This document shows, piece after piece, positions 1-10,201 of a stretch of DNA of 20,000 nt. Every line of letters starts with the position of its first letter. The first letter of the stretch is position 1. The DNA is from Fimicolochytrium jonesii. Its lineage: Eukaryota. The notes below the pieces were generated by a model. It did not search any database and was not told the origin of the DNA. It worked only from the letters and a program-made list of their open reading frames with translations. The stretch is taken from NCBI RefSeq assembly GCF_025526975.1, contig NW_026515693.1, positions 428,643 to 448,642 of the forward strand, in the 5' to 3' direction. Both the position numbers and the translations under genes were made by a program.

Positions 1-411
1 CTTCTCCGCCCCTCATATGGTACCTCTCTGTGTCTCTCTTTACGGAAGAAACTGTCAAAACTGTCAAAAAGCCTCCAAACGCCTTCCCCCTGCTCTTGCT
101 CTCTCGAGACTCGACGCAGAGCATTGCAAGTCTACCCTAACATTGCCCGACGTCTCTCTAATTGTGGTCCTGAACGGCTCCTTGTCTAGCGAACTCGACT
201 CATACTGAACCGACCAAAGCACCTTTCTGCGAACAGTGGTCGTCCTTCAGGTCTCACCATCCCCGTCCTCATCCAAAACCTCTGTCTGTGAAAGTCGACG
301 AAAGCTCTCAGTAAAGAGGCAGGGTTCTGCTGCCACCCTACCTTCTGCCTGTCGATACTCGCTCGCTATCCTCCTGCGAACGGGGTTCTTTCGACCCGTT
401 GCTCTGAGACG

Positions 412-2521
412 ATGGTAGGGTCGTCCGTTCCTCATTTCACAGACGCGTCGGTTTGACCTTCTTTAGCCCAAGTTCCCACGCACTCTTACACTCACTCTGT
501 ATATGAATCTCATAGGCCACAGCAGCTTTCCGCCGTCATGTGGTAGAGCGCAGGGATCAGGACCTTCGCCGAAAAGAGTTTGAGCGGGAGGACCTCGTGA
601 GCAAGTTGAACAGCGATGCGGTTTTCCGAAGCAACTTGGACTCCGACGACAGGGTGGACGGAAAGAGACGGTTGAGGATACAGCGGATAAGGGAGGAGGA
701 GCAGAAGACGTATGAGCAGCTTATGGAGGTACGAGGCTGAAGATGGATCAGCGTCAGTCGGGAGTGATGTGCGGGCCTCTAAGGAAGGGATCATCAATCT
801 GACCATCTACGCGTACGCAATAGGCGGCACATAAACGTGCCCACCGAGAAATAACACGCGAAAGGGAAGAAAAAGATAAACAGGAGTCGGAGCGGCTAGA
901 AACTCAACGCATTCGCGATGAGAAGCTGCGCCAAGCTATCCGCGAGAACAGCGTCGAGCTCCGCGAGTTGGAGAAGAAGCTCAATTACGCGTACATGAAC
1001 AAAGAGCGGTCCTTGCAGGTGCAGGAAAAGGCGCTGCAGGATCAGATTTCCAAGGCAAGGGAAGCGGAGCTGATTGCTGAGATGAATGAGCGGCTGGAGA
1101 AGCAAAAGCAACTGGAGCTGGAAAGGGATCACCAGGAATATCTCAAGAGTCTGGACTACAGCAAAGCGTTGAACGACCAGCTGTTAGAGCAGGAGGCGAG
1201 GAAAGAAGCGGAGTTCGAGCAGTTCTTGAAGGAAAAGGAAATGGTCGACCAGATCGTCAGGAAGATCCTGGATGAGGACGCAAGGTGCGTCTGCTAGATT
1301 TGTCTGCTTACGAGGATTTTGGAGTTTGGGGTTCAATGCACTGAAACTCACAAAACAATAAAACAGGGAGGCCGAGCGCCGCTTGGAGAAGCAAGCTGAG
1401 ACGAAGCAGTTCATTGAAAAGTTTATTGTGGAGCGGGAGCAATGGCGTCGGGAAGAGTCTGCACGACAGGAAGCCGAGAACCGCAAAATCGAGGCATACG
1501 CGCGCGACCAAGCTGCGAGGGCACAGGCTCAGCAGGATGTCAAGAAACATCGCGACGAGGAGAGGACTGTTATTTACGACAGGGTATGTGCCACATGGAA
1601 TATCTTTCCTGCATGCGAAACATATATCTTGAGTACTTACAACGGTATGACATGTTGACAGCTTGCAGCAGAAATGGATCAACGAGAGAAGGCAAAAGCC
1701 GAGTTGGAGCAGCTCCGCATCGACTTGTACGAAGAAGAGCAGGAAGAAGAGTCGCGGCGTCGGGATCAGGTACATTACCGTGGATATACGGTCCAGGACC
1801 AAGAAGCAGATGTTGAGCTCAGCTTTACCAAACTTGTTGCTGTAGGAACGCCTGCAAAACCGTATTCGCAAAAGACTGGAGCTCATTGACGCATACCGTA
1901 ACCAAATGCTAGAGAAGCGCTTCCGCGCGATTCAAGAGCAGGAGGAGGAGGATGTTGTGCGTCGGAAGGTGAGTTTCTTTGGAAGTCCTCTCTGTACGTA
2001 AATGTTCCAAGGCAATGAGCTCACGATGAGACATCCCCAAGATGATGGACCGCTACGCCGAGGAAGAAAAGCTCGAACAGCTCAATGCGCAGAAGCGGCG
2101 CATGAAACAAATGGAGCACCGCCGCGCCGTGGACGCCATCCTCGCCGAGCGGCGCTTGCTGCTCCAAAAGGAACGCGAGATTGCCGAGATGGAGCTTGCC
2201 CGCGAGAAGGAGATCGACGATTACAGGCAGCAGGTCGTCGAGCAGGAACGACAGAGACTGCTGCGCGAGCATGCTGTCAAGCTTCTGGGGCATTTGCCAA
2301 AGGTACGTGGTGGGGAGGAATTCCAGGTTTCCGGTCGGCTTTCTTTCCGTCGATCGTTACTGTTGGGGCGCAATCTCACTATCCCCTCTCCCTTCCTATC
2401 CTCTCTGCAAATACGAATCACGCAGGGCGTTCTCCGCGACCAAAAAGACCTCGACCTCTTCGACGAAGAGTTCCGGAGAAAATTTGGCAACATCAAGCTG
2501 GACGACCCGCGCGACGCTTGA
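412..2521 (+). CDS. MNS1: Meiosis-specific nuclear structural protein 1 (MNS1; coiled-coil TPH-family axonemal microtubule inner protein), ~493 aa, 8 exons
   Basis: Hand-spliced exons 412-414 (ATG only), 516-728, 824-1284, 1367-1583, 1662-1769, 1846-1968, 2042-2302 and 2426-2521. All introns are GT..AG and frame-consistent (1482 nt total). The translation contains segments I recognise from MNS1: DEKLRQAIRENSVELRELEKKLNYAYMNKER, EKEMVDQIVRKILDED, LNAQKRRMKQMEHRRAV and EHAVKLLGHLPKGVLRD. Confidence 0.93.
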
Positions 2522-2716
2522 AAAAGACGGGAGGAGGCGGAAAGGGGGGGGGGGGGGGGGGGGCGGGGGGCGAGGGGGAGCCAAGGGCGTTTGAGGGGAG
2601 CCACCGACACCATGACGCCCTCCCGCCTGTGCGGCGCTTTTTTGCATTGTGTCCTTCATTTTTGGGAAAGTGTAATCGACTGTGGACACACTACCAATCC
2701 TTTGTGTGTATACCAT

Positions 2717-3260
2717 TCATATAACAAATGTCATTACATGTATTGCAAGTACTAGCTTTGACAGGTGACGTTGTTGCTTGTTGATACGCCCGCCGGAGAT
2801 ACCATTGACACCAAGTAAGAGTTCAAGATGAACCGTTAAGGACCGTTTTGAGCGAGTAGAACGAGGACGGCGAAGCATTTCCAGCAGGAGAAGCGTGGGC
2901 AGAGCCATGCTCTCAAAAGCCCAGTTCTTCCTGGGCGACCACTCTGGCGTCCTCCTCTGGGTCCCGTTCCACATATGTTGCTCTCTTTCATTGACGTCAA
3001 TGTCACGTCGGGAAGTGGGTAGTTGTTGTCCACGACCTTGCGGCACCTCCTGCGGGGTGAGGGCTGCGTCAAATGCCTTGTCGAAAACGGAGCGGACGTA
3101 CGCCCGCTGGACTCCATCGAGGCCCAGTAGAGTCTCGACTCGCGGAACAGCCTTTTCGAGCAGCAGCGGTCTGATGTTGGGGGGGATCGTCGGGGAATCT
3201 CCTGCCGGCTGCTGGCGGGGGACGTCCGGCTCGGGGACAACGACAGTGGGAACTTGCCAT
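2717..3260 (-). CDS. Possible terminal exon of an unidentified gene or gene relic (WQVPTVVVPEPDVPRQQ...RPLLLEKAVPRVETLLGLDGVQRAYVRSVFDKAFDAAL...)
   Basis: The minus frame is stop-free from 3319 to 2717. A CTAAC branch-like motif and an AAG acceptor precede 3260, and the 5' half has coding-like third-position G/C use. No convincing upstream exon or ATG could be joined and no family was recognised. Confidence 0.3.
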
Positions 3261-4038
3261 CTTGCGGGGGTTAGTGTGAGGATGGTGAAGAGTCTGAGAT
3301 GAACGTTATGGAAGGAGGTTTACTGATCCTGAGGAAGAGGCAAGAAGAGAAAGAAAGGGGCAACACATGCACCAAGTATTCATAGATGCCGCGGATTTGC
3401 GACTGACAGCTGATAGGGAATCCGACAGCGCGTAAGTTGGACCTGGGAATTGTGCACTGTGGAGGCAAGGGCAACTGACCTGAATGCGCCCCATAACTGA
3501 TACCCCATACACCTGTCATGGTCCGTTTCTGGCAGCTTCAGTCGTTTCCGATGCAACTGACAGAAATTCGACAGCGCGCGATGAGCCTCCCAACGATTGA
3601 ATGCGGCAAGGTCAATTAAGAACGAGTATAAAAGCGGCAGCCGCACACTTACGCTATCGACAGGGCCTCGATTCCTTTTGTTTCTTGTTTTGGTTCAATA
3701 CCGTCGGTAGAGGCGGGCGTCCAAAGAGCGGTCCCATCCCATGACACATCCGCATCCGCAGCTTCTAGATCTAGACCTCGGACGCGCAGTTGCAAACGTA
3801 CAGCATCGATGTTTATCTAGGCGCAACACTGTCGAGAGGACGAACATTCTGAGCGGCAGAATCCAGTGAACGCTGCTCTCCGCCTCTCCGCCAGCGAAAA
3901 TATTGTCGTGAAGCCGCAAGTGCACAGATCTCGACCAACGGAAGTGTACGTAGCAAGGCGGGACGACATCAGCGCCTTCGTGGGTCCCCTCGCTCACCTC
4001 ACCACCACCTCACCCGCACCCCCAACGCCCAACCAAGC

Positions 4039-5508
4039 ATGTCCGCAAACCTAACCACCTGCCTCGCCCTCCCCGAAACCCAACTGCTCCTCCAACGCAC
4101 TGCCCTCTCCGCATCGGTCAGCACCGCCCAACGCGTCTTCTACGTCCTCGGGCCCACCGGCATCATCACCGGCTGCGCGATCCCCATCATCGCCTACAAC
4201 CTCCTCATCTGCGCCAAACGGCTCCTGCATCTCCACCCCACCCCGGCGCGAGTCTGTGCAGGGCCGCGGGCGTACGCGCTCCTGTGTGGGTTCCTCGCCC
4301 TGGCGTGCACGTCCGGAGCCCTCGTGAAGATCCTCGTGGTCTACGACAACCGCACGAAGATCGGCATCGGCGTCGGCGTGTGGGGCTACGTCGGCGCCCT
4401 CGTCGCGCTCAACATCGCTGGCACGCTCCGGTTCGCGGTCCCGCTGGCGCAGTGGTGGCAGAAACGCGTGCTGTATACCGCGACGGCGGTCGTGGTCACG
4501 GTGCTGGCGGCGGGGACGGTGGTCCTGGTTGGGTTGGAGTTGACCGCGTATGAGGGCCCCCTGGCGGATTTCCAGTTTTCGCTGAACATGTCGTTGATCA
4601 ATATCTTCTTGCCGGCTTATTACGGCATTTCCGGGTTGGTTTGTTTTAGTTACGAGGTATTGTAGACGTGATGTTGTGTTATGTGTGGGTTCTGCAAAAC
4701 AAACGCGGAAAATGTCTAATCCCCCCCCCTCCCCTCTCTCTCTTTCCGCAATCCCGATTGACGCCTCCTCATCGCACAGCTCTACAAAACCCGCGAACCC
4801 TCCTCGTTCCTCTCCACGCACACGTCCCGCCTCAAATCCCTCGAGTTCGCCAACCACATCCTCATGCTCACCAACCTCTTCCTCATCCTCGCCTACTTCG
4901 CCTGCCTGCACGCCGTCAAGAACGACAGGAGGTTCGAGTCCACGGGCGCGATGATCTTCGCAACCTGCTGGCTGGCGATCGAGAATGGGTTTGAGAATGT
5001 GAGCGAGGTCGTGTTTGAGGGGACGAAGGCCGCGGGTCGAGATGTGGTGGGGGACCCGGGCGTGGTGGGTGGGGGGGTGAGGTTTGTGCTGCCGGCGGGG
5101 ATGGAGACGGACATGAGGGCGGTGCAGGGGGATGGGAGCGCTGACGAGGGGGGTGACGATGGCGACGCGGGTGGGAGGAGGGGCAGCACCGGGACGACGT
5201 TGGTGACGGGAGGTGTGAAGGCTTCGGCTTCCGTGACGTCGCCGTCGCCGTCATTCTCGGATAGGTTCGAACTGGCGGATATGCCGCACCGCCGCATGTC
5301 TGGGGTGAATCACAATCAGACGAATACCAAGAACGGTACGACACCCACATATGCGCCACCACGACGGCCGTCAACTAGCCCGTTGACTACGATGTCGGGC
5401 CCCGAACAATCCCCAAAGGTGCCAGCGTCGTCGCGGCGGTCGCGGAGGCCGGGCGCGGGGTTAGATGGGGTGGACGGACGAGGGGATGATGGCGAATCTG
5501 GCCTATGA
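4039..5508 (+). CDS. Seven-transmembrane (GPCR-like) membrane protein with long Ser/Thr/Gly-rich C-terminal tail, ~448 aa, 2 exons
   Basis: Exons 4039-4656 and 4780-5508 are joined by a GTATTG..CACAG intron (4657-4779, phase 0) that links ORFs 4039..4665 and 4864..5508. Seven hydrophobic segments are visible by eye, with LRF at the end of the third. Confidence 0.75.
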
Positions 5509-5902
5509 TCTCAGTTCCTTTTGAGGGCCGCATGTGCGCATAGAGCGGCTCTTTTGCAGGGTGATGTCCCTACTATGTACATATACCTACACGTATACGG
5601 AAAGAACGTGGCTAGAATTGTAGTCCCAATGCCAGGCCGCTCACGAAGGAGTGAGAATGCGAGGGATAATATACATTTCACAAGGGCGGCGTGAGAAGGT
5701 ACAAAGAGGGTAAATATTAGATGGGTTGGAACTTCCCAACGGTGAAAACTATATGGCGGGAAGGCGAGGGACTAGGATAGGTTGACTATGACGAAGTAGG
5801 GATGGGAGTTAAAGAGGGGAGTTTGGGCGGCGCCGCAATTTTCCGGAGCTTTGGTAAGGGGATTTGCCGTTGAAAACCGATTGTTTTACCCTCCACAGCG
5901 AA

Positions 5903-7134
5903 TCAAAAAAACAACACTCCCAATAAAAACCCAACAAATGCGACCGCAACCACCAACGCCGCGCTCATGCCCTGCTCCGCTTGCGTGTGTGCAATCGCCA
6001 AACCGCCCGCCGCGGGTCCTCTCGACGCCGAACTCGACGAGGTAATCTCACGACGCTGACGGAGCGCGTTGAGACGGTCGATTTCCTGTTTGTAGCCCTC
6101 GCACGCTGCTTGTAGGGTTTTGATTTTTTCGCGGCCGAGGTGGAGCTCGTGGAGGAGGGCGGGGTCGGGTTCGGGAAGGGCTTGTTTTGGGGGGTGGGGG
6201 GTCGGCGTGGGTGGGGAGATGGGGCCGGTTGGGGGGGTGGTGGGTTTTTGTCCTTGGGGGTGAGCGGGGAAGGCGGATGGGGTTTGTGCCGGTAGCGCAG
6301 GTAGGGCTGCTGCTGGCAGTTGTGATGACGGCGTCGGCTCGGCAAACTCCGTAGTGACATCCCGCCCAGAAACGGCTGGGGTTCCAACACCCGCGTTCAG
6401 CTCCCCATCGCTGCTCGACACCCTATTCGCACTCGCATTCGAAAACACCGTCTCCTTCCTCCCCACAGCAATCTCCTCCTCCTCGTGAATAACCGCATGT
6501 CCCGCCCCCGGCGACGTGATAGGCGCAAACACACACCGCAGCTTCTTCTCAATCAACACCTGCGCCGCAGCCTCCGGGCTCGTCTTCTTCAACGACTCGG
6601 CCTGGCTCCATAGATCCGCGAGCCGAGCGACCAGGTCGTCCCCTTCGAGGGTCATGACGTCCGAGGGGACTTTGATCCCCTGCACGAGGAATTTGTCGCG
6701 GTTCTTGGTGGTGACGCTGAGGTCATCTTTTGTGGGTTGGAGGAGGACTTGGACTTCGACGACGCCGCCGGCGGGGATGCGGCCGCTGTTGGGTCGCACG
6801 CAGTATTGTTTGGGGGCTGGAAGTGGGAAACCAGGAGGACGAGTCAGTAAGTGGATGGATGAGTGGGATTGGGTGGAAAGACTGACGAACTCCCCATCCT
6901 GCCATGGGAATGATTGCCGCCCGGAAGATTCCTCTCTCCCCTGCCCTTCTCTAGGACAGCTACTAAAATAACAGTCTGAAACCCACCAGTAGTCTTGATC
7001 TTAAACGCAACAGCCGCGGTTGGATGGACGTTCGAGACGGTGAGCGTCCTCCTGACCGTTGTGGTGAAAGGCGGCGAGAAGGTCAGGTCCTTTTCCGGGT
7101 ACACCGTCAGCGACGGCTCTGCTGCTGCGTCCAT
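5903..7134 (-). CDS. SCS2: VAMP-associated protein (VAP/Scs2 family): N-terminal MSP domain, coiled coil, C-terminal tail anchor; ~353 aa, 2 exons
   Basis: Exons 7134-6987 and 6816-5903, intron 6986-6817 (GTGGGT..CCAG). Splicing rebuilds the VAP signature FKIKTTAPKQYCVRPNSG. DKFLVQ is also present, followed by a coiled-coil stretch (REKIKTLQAACEGYKQEIDRLNALRQR) and a terminal TM (ALVVAVAFVGFLLGVLFF). Confidence 0.92.
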
Positions 7135-7500
7135 TGGTGGTTCTATCGTTACTGGGAGTGTTGCGAGTGAGAGATGGTATGGCCTTCCGGTTGTTCCAGT
7201 TGGTCGTGGGAATGGGAAGCAGGCCGCTTAAAAATCCGGGAGGCCGCCCGTGAGAGAACAGGCGCGTCTTTCTCAGCCTGACCCCCAGGGAGGACTGCCT
7301 ACATGTATGTACACCCCAACACGATACTCACGCCGTCTGCAACGCTTGGCTGTAGCTTTTCCTACGGGTATCTCTGTTCGGTGCTGTATATTGGGAGTGC
7401 AGTCGGATAACCAGGGGCCCCAGGACGACTCCGCGAGACTCAATAGTCACAAATGTGAGGTTCATAGGGCGATGTCCCTCCATACTATTCCGTCCATGTC

Positions 7501-8064
7501 CTACGGCTCTACGAAATTGGAGATGACGAGTTCACCCTCCCCATGGGGAACCTGGAACCCCTCCCAATACGTATCCAAAGTCTTGTCATCAATCACCCAC
7601 GCCGCATCAGCATCAAACCTCTCCCGTCCCCGTTTCTCCAACCGCTCCCGCAAAACGTCTTTAGGCACACTAAGATGCACCACCAACGCCCTCCCGCCGC
7701 ACTCCTCAATCACCCCCCGATAACGCTCCCTATCCCGCTTTTCCCAAAAACTGTAATCCAGAACCACATTCCTTCCCTCCTTCAGCAGCTCCACCAACCG
7801 CACATCCAGCGCGGCTTCAGCCTTGTCTTGCAACGACTCGTATTCCGCCGGGGTGTAATCGATCCCATAACGACCGTAGTGGGTCCAGATGTGGTCGTCG
7901 ATGGACAGGCGGGTGAATGTGTCTGGGAAGGCGGACAAGATGCTTTTGGCGGTGGTTGTTTTGCCTGACCCGGCGATGCCGCACATCATGATGACCAAGG
8001 GGGGGTTATCGCGGGCCGTCAGATGACTCGTGATGCGACTAGCAAGTTCTGCATTGAGCTCCAT
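7501..8064 (-). CDS. AAA_33-type P-loop nucleotide-kinase-like ATP-binding protein, 187 aa, intronless
   Basis: First ATG at 8064. Walker A motif MMCGIAGSGKTT, then RLSIDD, NVVLDYSFW, a lid motif LRERLEKR and C-terminal FQVPHGEGE, all typical of small AAA_33 kinases. Confidence 0.85.
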   Translation of the reverse strand: MELNAELASRITSHLTARDNPPLVIMMCGIAGSGKTTTAKSILSAFPDTFTRLSIDDHIWTHYGRYGIDYTPAEYESLQDKAEAALDVRLVELLKEGRNVVLDYSFWEKRDRERYRGVIEECGGRALVVHLSVPKDVLRERLEKRGRERFDADAAWVIDDKTLDTYWEGFQVPHGEGELVISNFVEP

Positions 8065-8552
8065 GTTTGAGAATGTGCCCAACGCCAGAGTCGTCGCACT
8101 GGATTGCCAGAGGAGGAAGCAGTCGGTACCACTAGATGAGGATTAGGTTTTCTCGCCGAAATTGGAGGTTGTTGTCGAGACTCTATCGGAAGAAGGTTAA
8201 CTGCCATACCGTTACGTCCTCCACTCCACTCGAGGGTCCTCTGTGGGTCGGGATATGCGTCCCCGCAGAGAAGTTCTACGACGTATATGCACAGTAGATG
8301 GCGGGTTGGACGGAGAAGCACCGACGAAAGAGATGGAATATGTGCGTCAAAAAGGGGAACGGATTAAAGTAAGCCATCCGGTCACGTGGCCGGAGTCTCG
8401 TTCATTTCGCCCAACGTAGCCCAACGTGCGAGATGCGGAGGTGTTCCCCCAGACCTTCGCCATAACCCGTCTCTCGCTCTGCTCTCGTGGGGCATCTTGC
8501 TCCCTGTTGGTCGCATAAGCATCCTCATACTCCTACGGAACAGTCGGAAGAA

Positions 8553-9188
8553 ATGGGAGCAGCCGCTTCGGGCCCGAAACCCGCAACTCCTCAACCCGTG
8601 TCATCACCAACACCAACACCTCCACCGCCATCGGTCATACCACCATCACCGCCAAGTACGCCCACCGCCACCGCAGTCTCCATCCCACCACCATCGCCTC
8701 ACCAAGTATCGCTGGACGAGCGGAAATGTCGTGATGCGGCCATTTTTATCGGCGCGTCCGTCGCTCTTTTCGGTGAGTATTTCATCTACTTTGCTCTAAT
8801 ATAATTCCGATGTTGGGGGCGCTTCGGTACCCGGGGCATGCATTCTGCTCCTCTGCTTGCATTTCCTTAATCCCTTCCACCATCAGGTTTTGCGATCACT
8901 GTGTTCAGAAAGGTAAACATCCCCCCAGATGCTTCCTTTACCCTCCTGCATTTCCACATCTCTCCCGTCCATCAACGCCCCATAACGCCTAAAACATCAT
9001 TTCGCTTCTCCCAACAGCGCGGCAAATCAGGCCTCCCACTCATCCAACGCAGCCCGCGCGGCGTGTTCATGGTCTCCATCGTGACGACATTAGGCGGGTA
9101 CGCGGCGTACGACCTGGCGTATAGGAGCTGCAGAGAGCGGGCGGTGAAGAAGCCGGCGTCGGATAAGACTGTGGCTGTCATTAGTTGA
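8553..9188 (+). CDS. Small two-TM membrane protein with Pro/Ser/Thr-rich N-terminus, ~138 aa, 3 exons
   Basis: Exons 8553-8772, 8887-8912 (26 nt) and 9018-9188. Donors GTGAGT and GTAAAC, both acceptors CAG. The frame only closes with the micro-exon. Product: MGAAASGPKP...ERKCRDAAIFIGASVALFGFAITVFRKRGKSGLPLIQRSPRGVFMVSIVTTLGGYAAYDLAYRSCRER... Confidence 0.72.
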
Positions 9189-10201
9189 GCTTGATTGGAG
9201 GGATGGTGGTACCCCCGTTCGTCTTTTTTTGGGAAGCATTGTCAACGGGATCAGATACGTTTTGGCACGGCGCTGTTTGGAGCGAGAATTATCAAATGCA
9301 TTCCACTATTTCTGCATTGCAAGTCTGCTTCGCGGTGTTCTTCTGTGGGAAACTGTGGCTTAGGCTTGGGCTTAGAGAAGTACCAGAGACGGAATACGGG
9401 ATATGCTGCGGGCCCAATGTACGGGCCCTTGGTAGCATTATAGGGTTTCTTGCAGGCTAAGCAGCATCTGGGACGTTTGGATACTGGCGCCAATGCTTTC
9501 TGATGTTGGATCGAGATCCGGGGCTTCGCGCTTCCAAAAAGGCGCGCCGGTGTGGGAGAAAAGGGCGAAGGAACAAACGCGTTTCGGGAGATCTTCGAGA
9601 CGAGAGACTTCTGATGGGAGAAGAGCTCTGATGAGGCTGGACAAAAGAACGTCGAGATGGCCTATACGACTCCTTTACCCCACTCTCCATTATGAAACGG
9701 AGGTGAATGCATTCTCGAAGGGCCAGAATCCCCCCATTTTTCTTTTTGGGCCCGTTTGAGAGGGCTGGTACCACATCGGCGCTGGGGCGAAGGGAGGACG
9801 CAAAAAAGCATATGCGACGAGATGAAGGATAAACTCTGTGAGGCAGAAGGGTGTGAAACAAAGGCCCTTGTGGGCACACTACCGTAGGAGAGTCGGGAGA
9901 GGCCAAAGCGTATGGGGCTTGCACGACGGGAGGGAAGACGGGCGTGAGAGAGGGAGGAGCGCGGCTTCTTCACAGGGAGGGCCCCATTATTCGCCCCCTC
10001 AACAACGACAACAGCCCCCTCCACAACCCACAGGCACAACAACCACACTTACTCGGCAACCATACGGGCAGCCCCCTTCCTTCTCACCCACTCTTTCCCT
10101 GCTCACAGCCCTCCTCCCCAGAAAAGAGACAGAGCAGGGGACTCAACTTTCAACCGTGGCTTATCCCAGCACCCTCCGCCACAACGCACACTCTCACGAC
10201 A

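Noticed and set aside
398..410. RFX X-box-like GTTGCTCTGAGAC next to the MNS1 ATG
   Set aside because: Only one good half-site, it abuts the start codon, and RFX control of ciliary genes is not something I can assume for fungi.
4051..4911. 286-aa minus-strand ORF and other long antisense/alternative-frame ORFs over the genic region
   Set aside because: Shadow ORFs caused by GC-rich codon usage of the real genes on the opposite strand or frame.
9185..10048. Several 68-155 aa ORFs between the 2-TM gene and the Zn2Cys6 gene
   Set aside because: Mostly non-ATG starts, no recognisable motifs or coding-like bias; treated as intergenic/promoter DNA.
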